Source of the DNA: an uncultured archaeon
GTDB lineage: Archaea; Asgardarchaeota; Thorarchaeia; Thorarchaeales; Thorarchaeaceae
Reading direction: 5' to 3'
DNA: 20,588 bases
Assembly: GCA_964458565.1 (NCBI GenBank)
Contig: CAYWJO010000054.1
Location: 1-20,588 of the forward strand
The notes below the pieces were generated by a model. It was not told where the DNA came from. It was given only the letters and a program-made list of their open reading frames with translations, and did not search any database. A program made the position numbers and the translations under genes. Shown here piece by piece: positions 1-7,529 of the stretch. Numbering within the stretch: position 1 is the stretch's first letter; every line of letters begins with the position of its first letter.

Positions 1-180
1 ATGATGCGCAAAAGGGGCAAGTCCCTGTTACGCCATCCCGTCATCCGTCACCTTCGGCTCTGTCCGAGGACAGAAGCTGACTTCTACCTCTAAGAAGTAG
101 AATATCTTAGGAGGTGATTAATGGCTGATGACTCACTATCATCAACTTCCATCCGAGCTTTCACTACGGATACCTTGTTA
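1..180 (-). repeat. Array repeat copy 1 (long form: 16S 3' fragment + trailer; core cut by window edge)
   Basis: Positions 1-117 are near-identical to copy 4 (about 6072-6187). It extends furthest into 16S-like sequence: plus-strand GGATACCTTGTTA at 168-180. Confidence 0.95.
109..180 (-). rRNA. 16S rRNA 3'-terminal fragment (not a full gene) with 30-nt BHB intron at 118-147
   Basis: Minus strand reads TAACAAGGT-ATCCGTAGT-GAAA-GCT-CGGATGGA-[intron]-TCACCTCCT, matching the conserved h44/h45 junction, helix 45 and anti-SD. Confidence 0.85.
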
Positions 181-233
181 AAGAAAAAAATTGTAAGCAG
201 GTACAAGCTCACTTTATTTCAGAAGGTCAATAA

Positions 234-824
234 ATGAATAGAATGAATCCTAGGGTTGATGCATATTTAAGCAAAGCCACAGAGTGGCAGGAAGAATTTG
301 AGAGATTGAGAAGGATCATTCTTGACTGTGGGCTGACCGAAGAATGGAAGTGGGGTAAACCTTGCTACACGTTCAAGAAAAGCAACATAGTTTTGATACA
401 TGGATTCAAAGAATACTGTGCGCTTCTGTTTTTCAAAGGTGCCTTGTTAAATGATACCAAGGGTATTCTAGTAACACAGACGGAAAATGTGCAGGCGGCG
501 CGCCAGATTCGATTCACCAATGCTCGAGAAATAGTTGAGATGGAACCCAGCTTGAAGGCCTATATTTTTGAAGCCATTGAAGTGGAAAAAGCCGGTTTGA
601 AAGTAGATTTCAAAAAGACTACAGAATTCATAATTCCTGAAGAATTTCAAACTAAATTAGATGAAATCCCTGCCTTGAAAACTGCTTTTAATGCATTGAC
701 ACCAGGACGGCAAAGAGCATACATTCTTTATTTTTCTCAACCCAAGCAATCCAAAACCCGGGAGTCAAGGGTTGAAAAATGCATGCAGCAAATTCTCAAT
801 GGAAAGGGATTAAATGATCGGTAA
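234..824 (+). CDS. ydeI: YdeI family protein (DUF1801 + YdeI/OmpD-associated domain)
   Basis: Motifs KWGKPCY, LIHGFKEYCALLFFKGALL, QTENVQAARQIRFT and AFNALTPGRQRAY closely resemble Bacillus YdeI. Confidence 0.9.
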   Translation: MNRMNPRVDAYLSKATEWQEEFERLRRIILDCGLTEEWKWGKPCYTFKKSNIVLIHGFKEYCALLFFKGALLNDTKGILVTQTENVQAARQIRFTNAREIVEMEPSLKAYIFEAIEVEKAGLKVDFKKTTEFIIPEEFQTKLDEIPALKTAFNALTPGRQRAYILYFSQPKQSKTRESRVEKCMQQILNGKGLNDR

Positions 825-1170
825 ATTCGATGAGAAAATAAATTAATCAAACTTTAAGATATTACCTCACTTTGCATTCATTCGAACTCCTTTTTGGAAT
901 CGCAGGTAACACTCAATCAAATAATCTAGAAACGGAAAAAATGCAACTGCAAAAACTGCAACTTCCGTTCATCATTAATACACATCAGGCCCATATGAAA
1001 GGGAAATCTATCAAAAAGCTCTGCAGCCCTTTTCAAGTCCTTTCCCTCAGCATGAAGAACCAATTGATAAGGAATCACTAGGAGAGGCATTAAACATGCA
1101 CAAGTTTATTTTCAGGGTTAATAGGATTGATATCTCGGGAAAATTGGCATGAGCATACCGTCTAGGTGAG

Positions 1171-1818
1171 TTGTTGATGTTACCTGAATTATGGACTGCA
1201 ATACTCCTTTCGTTACCCTTGCTCACAATGATGATTCCTTCTATACCTTATTGGAGAGAATTTCGTAGAGATAGGAAAAAAGGAACAGAATCTAGAAAGG
1301 CTAAATACAACAAACCAGCATTCCTAATCTTTGTAAGTGGAATCTTGGTTATGTGGTTCTTTTGGATAGCCGGTATTTTCTTCTTATTTTTGAATTCGTA
1401 CTATGTAGTCTTTGGCATCATAACATTCACATTTGAATTTGACATCTTTGTCCAAATGGTTGGCTTCATATTTTTCTACATTGGTGGAGCTATCTACAAT
1501 TGGGTCCTCATTGTTGCTGGAAAATATGTACGACCAGCCCCATCAGGAGCATTAGAAAATCACCTATTAATCACAACGGGACCATATGGAGTAGTTCGAC
1601 ACCCGCTCTACTTCTCGTATGTTTGCATCCTTTTTGGGTTAGCACTTGTTTTGTCAAACTATTGGCTCATGATTCCATTGTTATGTATAATAATCGGGAT
1701 TTATCCAATGGCCAAGGCTGAAGAGAAGGTATTGACTGACCAATTTGGGAAAGACTATGTAGAATATCAAAAAGAAGTGGGTATGCTTTTTCCAAGAGGT
1801 GCTCGTAGAGAGACTTAA
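1171..1818 (+). CDS. Isoprenylcysteine carboxyl methyltransferase (ICMT/PEMT) family membrane protein
   Basis: Several TM segments, LITTGPYGVVRHPLY and C-terminal EEKVLTDQFGKDYVEYQKEV motifs. Start may be at 1177. Confidence 0.85.
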   Translation: MLMLPELWTAILLSLPLLTMMIPSIPYWREFRRDRKKGTESRKAKYNKPAFLIFVSGILVMWFFWIAGIFFLFLNSYYVVFGIITFTFEFDIFVQMVGFIFFYIGGAIYNWVLIVAGKYVRPAPSGALENHLLITTGPYGVVRHPLYFSYVCILFGLALVLSNYWLMIPLLCIIIGIYPMAKAEEKVLTDQFGKDYVEYQKEVGMLFPRGARRET

Positions 1819-1890
1819 ACTATTCTCTCAATATTTCTTGGTCGTTATTAGGATTGGGAGTAGTCAAAGATAGTAGAAATACATCTGACA

Positions 1891-1975
1891 GACTATGTAA
1901 AAGAGAGAGGTGCTCAACATCAAGTGCTAGGGGTAAGTCCCTGTGACTCCAACCCGTCATCCACCCACTTCACTC
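1891..1975 (-). repeat. Array repeat copy 2 (short form)
   Basis: Plus strand GACTATGTAAAAG..AGGTGCTCAACAT..GGGTAAGTCCCTG..AACCCGTCATCCACCCACTTCAC. Confidence 0.9.
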
Positions 1976-1994
1976 GCCATGAATGAATTTGCCT

Positions 1995-2273
1995 TCACAA
2001 CCATTTGTATCCTTTACTTCTGTGGATAATCTCAGTGACTCTGATTTCTTTTTCAATCACAAAGTAGATTGCTCTATAATCACCTATACGTAATCTATAG
2101 AGAGGCGGCTCTGCAGATACTTTCAATTTCCGAATATCTGCACCTGATCTGGATTCAAAAGGATTCGATTTTAAACTATGCAGAGCATTCTTTATTCTCA
2201 ACGTCAGTTTATCATCAAGCAATGATAGCTGTGACACTGCAGTTGCAGAGAGGAGGACTCTATATCTCGTCAA
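1995..2273 (-). CDS. relE: RelE/ParE family type II toxin
   Basis: 92 aa basic protein with YRV N-terminus, IRKLK and LYRLRIGDYRAIY. Overlaps the upstream small gene. Confidence 0.9.
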   Translation of the reverse strand: MTRYRVLLSATAVSQLSLLDDKLTLRIKNALHSLKSNPFESRSGADIRKLKVSAEPPLYRLRIGDYRAIYFVIEKEIRVTEIIHRSKGYKWL

Positions 2274-2457
2274 GGGGAGTGAACTCCTCTTCAGCTAAGA
2301 TCCGTTTCTGTCGGTCAGCAAACTGAACCTGCTCTGCCATCTCTAGGAGACGCTGGATGAGCTCATCGTAGGTCTCACCTTTGCGACCGTACTGCTTCAG
2401 TAGGTCTCGAGTCTTCTTGCTCAGAGGAATAGTTGTTGTATCACTCAATTCTATCAT
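2260..2457 (-). CDS. Cognate antitoxin (RHH-like N-terminus, acidic C-terminus)
   Basis: TTTIPLSKKTRDLLKQYGRKGETYDELIQRLL is a typical archaeal antitoxin fold, directly upstream of and overlapping relE. Confidence 0.8.
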   Translation of the reverse strand: MIELSDTTTIPLSKKTRDLLKQYGRKGETYDELIQRLLEMAEQVQFADRQKRILAEEEFTPLDEI

Positions 2458-2527
2458 ATCTTATAACGTTGATAATCACTTATAACTTCATTGAAAGAAT
2501 AGGTGCAATCGTAAAAAGAACATGATA

Positions 2528-2584
2528 TGAACCTAGTTCACACTCACCCATGTAGATTATGAAAAAATGAAAGGGTGCTCAACA
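2528..2584 (-). repeat. Array repeat copy 3 (minimal: flank + core only)
   Basis: TGAACC..TTCACACTCA..TAGATTATGAAAAAATGAAAGGGTGCTCAACA. Similarity stops right after the core. Confidence 0.8.
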
Positions 2585-3101
2585 GTGAGAGGAATCTGAT
2601 GAGGTATTAGAGCCACCTGCAAACCGCGTACCTCTCTCTGCTAGGAAGACATTGTCAATGTTGATTGGGTGAGTATAGAGTTGTAAGTCTTGATGATCGT
2701 TGTTTGAAATTAGACGTGCAGCAAGCCATCTTACACTATGAGATGCTAAAGAGGTTGTGAGTTGAGAGGATAAGATACATCGTCCATTGGCCGGAGCCCT
2801 AATCTCACGAGATTTCGTAAAATTAATATGACTTAACACACATATATAGGCGAACAGAACTATCAGAAAATCCTCAAGATGCACATCGTTATGTAAATGC
2901 AATCAGTGAGAATCAAACCTATTGCGTAGGTGTCTTGTTCCCCTTGGTTTCTCAGGGACTGTGTGACCGTTCACGGAATGTGTTCATCTAGCTATGGTCA
3001 CACTTGAGAGCCAAGTCTTTGTGATAGACATTGGCACTATTCAGATTGTGTATTGCGGAAGCGCCACTTATGTCAAGTGACGCACAAGAAAGTGATACGG
3101 T

Positions 3102-3956
3102 ATGCCTGCGATATCCGCAAAAGCAGAAGTAAACGAAGCTATTGTACTAGCTGCAGGCCTCGGATCTCGAATGCAACCTAGTTTCGCGGATGGGCCAAAA
3201 CCATTGATTCCAGTACTTGGCACACCCCTCCTGGAGTACGTTCTGAGAGGCCTCGATGAGATAGGCATTAAAAGAACCATTGTCGTCACAGGGAGAGAAG
3301 GAGCGTCGATTCACCGTTGGCTCTTTAAAACAGACTTCCTGATGGAGGTAGACCCCGTCCATAATGTTGACTATATACTGGGAAACGGAATATCTGCCCA
3401 AGTTGGTTTGGAATACGTAGCCAGTGACAACGTTCTACTGGTGATGGCAGATCATCTGGCACTGCCAGACCTATATGAGAGAGTACTCGATAGAAGAAAC
3501 ACTGGGATCGACCTTGGACTTGTTGTGGACTACAATCCCTCTGTTTTACTCCAATTGGATGATGCTACTAAGGTCTTGGTCAACAAGAGGCGTGAGATAC
3601 TTGAGATTGGCAAGGATATCAAGAAGTGGAATTGTGTTGATACGGGAGTCTTTTTGGTCTCAAGAGAATTCTCTTCAGCGGTCAATTCAGTGGTTCGAGG
3701 AAGTGGCGATTGTACATTGACTGAAGCGGTTCGATACATGATTGCTGCAGGCATGGACGTGCAGACATGGGACACGAATGGAGCATTCTGGCTTGACATC
3801 GACACACCGTTGGATTTAGAAAATGCTGAACGAGTCATCCTCGGCAATCCAAGGATTCGTACTATGTTAGAAGTCTTAGTTGAAGAAGAATCTGTAACCA
3901 CAAAGGAAATCCAGGACACGGATGTGTGGCCATCTGACATTGAGGGAGAGTATTGA
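3102..3956 (+). CDS. Nucleotidyltransferase, inositol-1-phosphate cytidylyltransferase (IPCT)-like
   Basis: AIVLAAGLGSRM..PKPL, MADH, VDTGVF and WLDIDTPLDL motifs, adjacent to a DIPPS-like gene. Confidence 0.85.
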   Translation: MPAISAKAEVNEAIVLAAGLGSRMQPSFADGPKPLIPVLGTPLLEYVLRGLDEIGIKRTIVVTGREGASIHRWLFKTDFLMEVDPVHNVDYILGNGISAQVGLEYVASDNVLLVMADHLALPDLYERVLDRRNTGIDLGLVVDYNPSVLLQLDDATKVLVNKRREILEIGKDIKKWNCVDTGVFLVSREFSSAVNSVVRGSGDCTLTEAVRYMIAAGMDVQTWDTNGAFWLDIDTPLDLENAERVILGNPRIRTMLEVLVEEESVTTKEIQDTDVWPSDIEGEY

Positions 3957-4708
3957 ACAGCGACATCCAAGCCAATGCTGAAAAGCATCTCGTGGAGGGA
4001 CCCATTTCTAGGCATCTAAACAGGAGAATATCTCGACCGATTGCCAGACGCATTAAGGATGTCACTTGGCTCACTCCGAACCGTGTGTCAGTCATCGCAC
4101 TGCTCTTTGCTATGCTGGCTGCTTCTTCATATTCATTTGGTAGCCTCTTGATACCAGGAGTGTGGCATGTCTTTGGTTTATTCATCATATCCCCCACTCT
4201 AGTCATTGGCGGAATGCTAGTACAACTAAGTAGCATTATCGATGGGGTGGATGGGGACCTTGCTCGGATAAGGGGAGTGTCCTCTGATGAGGGAGCCATT
4301 TTCGATGCTGTGCTGGATAGATATGCAGACATTGTGATTCTCGCAGGCATTGCATATCCCTTATTGAAAGGCGTAGCAGACATCGAGGTGCTACCTGGGT
4401 TTCCCCTGAACTTGATGGTGAGTCAGGATATGGTCTTCATCACTTTGGTGGCAGCTGTCATTGGATCCCTTATGGTGAGCTATTCTAGAGCTCGGCTTGA
4501 GGTAGCTGAGCTGTTCAGTATCCATGGACTGGTCAGGTTTGGAGCAACACGTGATGTTAGGTTGTTCCTCATCTTTGTGTGTTCACTACTGAGCTATACA
4601 TTCATTGCTCTACTGATGATAGCCATAATGGGGAATCTAACTGTCTTGCTCAGGCTTTTGTCAATTCTGCGGACAGAAAAATCGAAGGAGGACATTCAGC
4701 TTGCTTAG
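3953..4708 (+). CDS. CDP-alcohol phosphotransferase, DIPP synthase-like
   Basis: Signature DGVDGDLAR..GAIFDAVLDRYAD, TPNRVS and N-terminal GPISRHLNRRISRPI. 4-nt overlap with the upstream gene. Confidence 0.88.
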   Translation: MNSDIQANAEKHLVEGPISRHLNRRISRPIARRIKDVTWLTPNRVSVIALLFAMLAASSYSFGSLLIPGVWHVFGLFIISPTLVIGGMLVQLSSIIDGVDGDLARIRGVSSDEGAIFDAVLDRYADIVILAGIAYPLLKGVADIEVLPGFPLNLMVSQDMVFITLVAAVIGSLMVSYSRARLEVAELFSIHGLVRFGATRDVRLFLIFVCSLLSYTFIALLMIAIMGNLTVLLRLLSILRTEKSKEDIQLA

Positions 4709-5522
4709 ACTGGGCGCTACTTATTTCCCGGGTCGTTCGGGTTCAATCCAGACGTTTTTCGAACTGTGCCATGAGTTAGGTCTTCAATATGTGGAGATAC
4801 AGGTAGAGCATCCATACTCTCCAGCAGACTTGCACAAGGAAGGAGTCATGGAACTCAGAGAGATGTTCTCTGGATATGGACTCATTCCGCTAATCCACGG
4901 TCCGGTCTACGACATCAACTTAGCTAGTACAAAGGAGCGGATACGACAGGCATCAGTTGAAATCACGAAGGACTTCATCAAACTTGCACGTAGAGTAGAC
5001 TCTCAGCAGGTGGTTATTCATGCTGGAAAATGTCCGCAGGATCAAGTGCCGCTTTTACTCGCCAGAGCGCGGGAATGCGCATTCCTTAGCGTTTCCAAAC
5101 TTGCGCTATTCGCAAATGACCTCGGTGTGAAACTCGGCATCGAGAATAAACAGAGAAGCGCGGATAGAGAGATAGTCCTAACAGTTGATGACCATCTTCA
5201 AATGACTTCGGAGTTTCAGCACCTAGGGGTGTTCGCAGTCTTGGACATAGGACATGCCTTCACAACTGGAGAACGCATCACAGACTATATACATGCACTC
5301 GGAAACAGCTTGCGAGAGATTCACTTTCACGACAACAATGGTGAAACTGATGACCACTTAGCCTTAGGACATGGTAATGTTCCCTTGAAAGAAGTAGTCG
5401 AAGCGCTACGCGCCATCGATTTCAGCGGAGTGTCGATAATCGAGGTAAAGCGGAAGGAAGATCTCAGAGCTAGTGTCAAGTATCTGAGAAAGTTGGATCG
5501 CCAACCAGCTAGGACTGGATAA
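4701..5522 (+). CDS. Sugar phosphate isomerase/epimerase (xylose-isomerase-like TIM barrel, AP_endonuc_2)
   Basis: LGIEN, LDIGHA, IHFHDNNGETDDHLALGHG and IIEV metal-binding motifs. Confidence 0.88.
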   Translation: MLRLGATYFPGRSGSIQTFFELCHELGLQYVEIQVEHPYSPADLHKEGVMELREMFSGYGLIPLIHGPVYDINLASTKERIRQASVEITKDFIKLARRVDSQQVVIHAGKCPQDQVPLLLARARECAFLSVSKLALFANDLGVKLGIENKQRSADREIVLTVDDHLQMTSEFQHLGVFAVLDIGHAFTTGERITDYIHALGNSLREIHFHDNNGETDDHLALGHGNVPLKEVVEALRAIDFSGVSIIEVKRKEDLRASVKYLRKLDRQPARTG

Positions 5523-5790
5523 TATTGTAATTCACAGTATCTTCAATTCCACTTATTCAGGAGCCCGAGCTATCTTTGCCAGCCTAAGAGAGATTAAACG
5601 AATAGTGAGAGCTCTTTGCTTGAAACCAGCACACGCAGAGGCGTTCCTCGAACCAGAAGTAGAGAAGCCATGTTGTCCTCACTGGGGAGATTGTCGACAT
5701 TCGGAAAGACAACTGTTCGTGGATAATGGAAGAGAATTATTTCAGGTCCTCCTATTTTTCCGGAAGGCAAGTTGTAGCTCAAAGGTGTAA

Positions 5791-5991
5791 AAAAAACGTA
5801 CTGGAAAAAGAAGTTGGTTACACCTTGACCTCTATGCAAATAACAGAGATGAAGAGGTTGAACGACTAGTCAAGCTTGGTGCAACTCGTTATCCATGGAG
5901 ATATGAGCCAGATCATGATTACATTGTACTGGAAGATCCCGATGGAAACCTCTTCTGTGTGGTTCAAGACGACAGCGAACCTGATAGCTAG
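5791..5991 (+). pseudogene. 5'-truncated VOC/glyoxalase-like gene fragment
   Basis: Startless frame reads KRSWLHLDLYANNRDEEVERLVKLGATRYPW..YIVLEDPDGNLFCVVQ and is preceded by an in-frame TAA at 5788-5790. Confidence 0.8.
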
Positions 5992-6047
5992 ACAGATGAG
6001 AGATGGAATCAAACGATGCATCTGATATTGACTCGGAGAAGGAGTCA

Positions 6048-6244
6048 TGCAAAATGGAGAGGGCACTCAACACGATGCGCAAAGGGGCAAGTCCCTGTTA
6101 CTCCATCCCGTCATCCGTCACCTTCAGCTCTGTCCGAGGACAGAAGCTGACTTCTACCTCTAAGAAGTAGAATATCTTAGGAGGTGATTGATGGAAAGTG
6201 AGAATCACTCTCACAATCTTCCATCCGCAGCTTCCGCTACGGAT
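6048..6244 (-). repeat. Array repeat copy 4 (long form)
   Basis: Core variant GGGCACTCAACA at 6061-6072, then trailer hairpins, AGGAGGTGA at 6179-6187 and the helix-45 complement to 6244. Confidence 0.95.
6179..6244 (-). rRNA. 16S rRNA 3'-terminal fragment with 32-nt BHB intron at 6188-6219
   Basis: Minus strand ATCCGTAGC-GGAA-GCTGCGGATGGA-[32 nt]-TCACCTCCT. Confidence 0.85.
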
Positions 6245-6401
6245 GCTGCAACTTCTATGGCGACCTGTAGCGCGAAGTCCTGAAATTCATACTTGGAGTG
6301 TATCAATGGTTGTCAGAGGAGAGAAACAGTTCTGTACTTGCATCTTTTTGAACTGACGATTAATGGGAAGGCTATTGCTAACAGGGATTAGTGAGAATCT
6401 C

Positions 6402-6758
6402 CTACTGTGGACGAACTTTCTTCTCGTAGAAGTAGTTCATGGCTGAATATACTGTGAATAGACCTTTCTTACGTCCTATAATCAGACCAGCCTTCTCTAA
6501 TATCGCAAGATGATGCGAAATTGTGCTTTTCGACTTATTCATAATATGTGCTAGAATAGTCAGACAATACTCTCCCTCTTGCAGCAGGCGGTACATCTTA
6601 TATCTCAGGTCATGCCCCAATGCACTGTGGTATAATATCTCCTGCTGAGATTGAGTGCTCTGATCAATCTCTTTCAAGACTTTCCTCTGTTTCGCCAAAA
6701 ATGCCTTCGAGCCGATAGTTATACCCATTGCATCCAAACACAATTCCAGTTTCTGCAT
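6402..6758 (-). CDS. ArsR/SmtB family transcriptional regulator
   Basis: ALGHDLRYKMYRLL..SKSTISHHLAILEKAGLI..RKKGLFTVYS winged HTH, divergent from the FmdE/TauE genes. Confidence 0.88.
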   Translation of the reverse strand: MQKLELCLDAMGITIGSKAFLAKQRKVLKEIDQSTQSQQEILYHSALGHDLRYKMYRLLQEGEYCLTILAHIMNKSKSTISHHLAILEKAGLIIGRKKGLFTVYSAMNYFYEKKVRPQ

Positions 6759-6864
6759 TTTCTAACCACTTCATGTCCAAGAAGTCCAAAAGTATCTGGA
6801 ATGGTATTATATTTTTCGGTCTTGTTCGACATTATTGCTGTCAAAATGAAAATAGTTAAATAGA

Positions 6865-6880
6865 TTCGATATTTATCGAA
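6865..6880. promoter_or_regulatory. Palindromic operator, likely for the ArsR regulator
   Basis: TTCGATA-TT-TATCGAA perfect 7-2-7 inverted repeat between the divergent genes. Confidence 0.6.
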
Positions 6881-6896
6881 CTACTAGTGAAAAGGT

Positions 6897-7514
6897 GTGA
6901 ACACACAGCATATACCACCAGAATGGGCCTTTGAGTTCCATGGACATCTTTGCCCGTTTATGCCAATTGGATATCGGATGGGTAGACTGGCAATGAAGTA
7001 TCTCAAAGTAGACCATGAAAAGGATCATGGCTTCTTTGCGTTTCCTGAGATTGGTGAGGGACACCCACAGACCTGCATGGTCGATGGTATTCAGGTGGCA
7101 ACCGGAGCAACTTATGGCAAGGTCTTGATTGCAAAGACCTTCTATGGCAAGCTTGCTACCACATTCTTCAATCCGAAGAAAGGTGCTGTACGCTATTCTC
7201 TTAAACCTGAGTTTATTGATACCATGGGAAAGTTTGAGTTCTTTGCGTATCGGAAAAAGGGAATTGAGCCATCCCTGATTCCAAAGGAAGTGTCAGGAGA
7301 AGTTACCAAATGGACATACGAACAGACGGACGACTTCATGTTCAAGGTAGAACCAAAGCCCGATTTTAAATTCAATCCTGCAAAAGGCTCATTCAACAAG
7401 AGCAAATGTAGCATCTGCGGCGAATATGTGTTTGAGAGGTACTTACGCACCAAGGACGGAGAGTCTGTGTGCATTCCATGCTCAGGCTATATGAAATCAA
7501 GTCCTGAAGCCTAA
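6897..7514 (+). CDS. FmdE family protein with C-terminal zinc finger
   Basis: FHGHLCPFMPIGYRMG, CMVDGIQVATGATYGK and CSICGE..CIPC. Confidence 0.88.
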   Translation: MNTQHIPPEWAFEFHGHLCPFMPIGYRMGRLAMKYLKVDHEKDHGFFAFPEIGEGHPQTCMVDGIQVATGATYGKVLIAKTFYGKLATTFFNPKKGAVRYSLKPEFIDTMGKFEFFAYRKKGIEPSLIPKEVSGEVTKWTYEQTDDFMFKVEPKPDFKFNPAKGSFNKSKCSICGEYVFERYLRTKDGESVCIPCSGYMKSSPEA

Positions 7515-7529
7515 GATGCAAAGCAGTGG

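Noticed and set aside
872-1090. Short ORFs on either strand between ydeI and the methyltransferase
   Set aside because: No recognisable family. They may be a relic but cannot be supported from sequence alone.
2579-2902. 107-aa minus-strand ORF
   Set aside because: Atypical composition, no motif, and it ends inside the repeat core.
3068-4383. Antisense and alternate-frame ORFs over real genes (e.g. 3530-4015, 3862-4383, 7193-7474, 9041-9853, 12277-12459)
   Set aside because: These are shadow ORFs of well-supported CDSs with no recognisable motifs.
6048-6244. MITE/IS end or group II intron remnant
   Set aside because: No terminal inverted repeats, target duplications or domain V motif are visible. 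Uniform orientation and the 16S match explain the element better.
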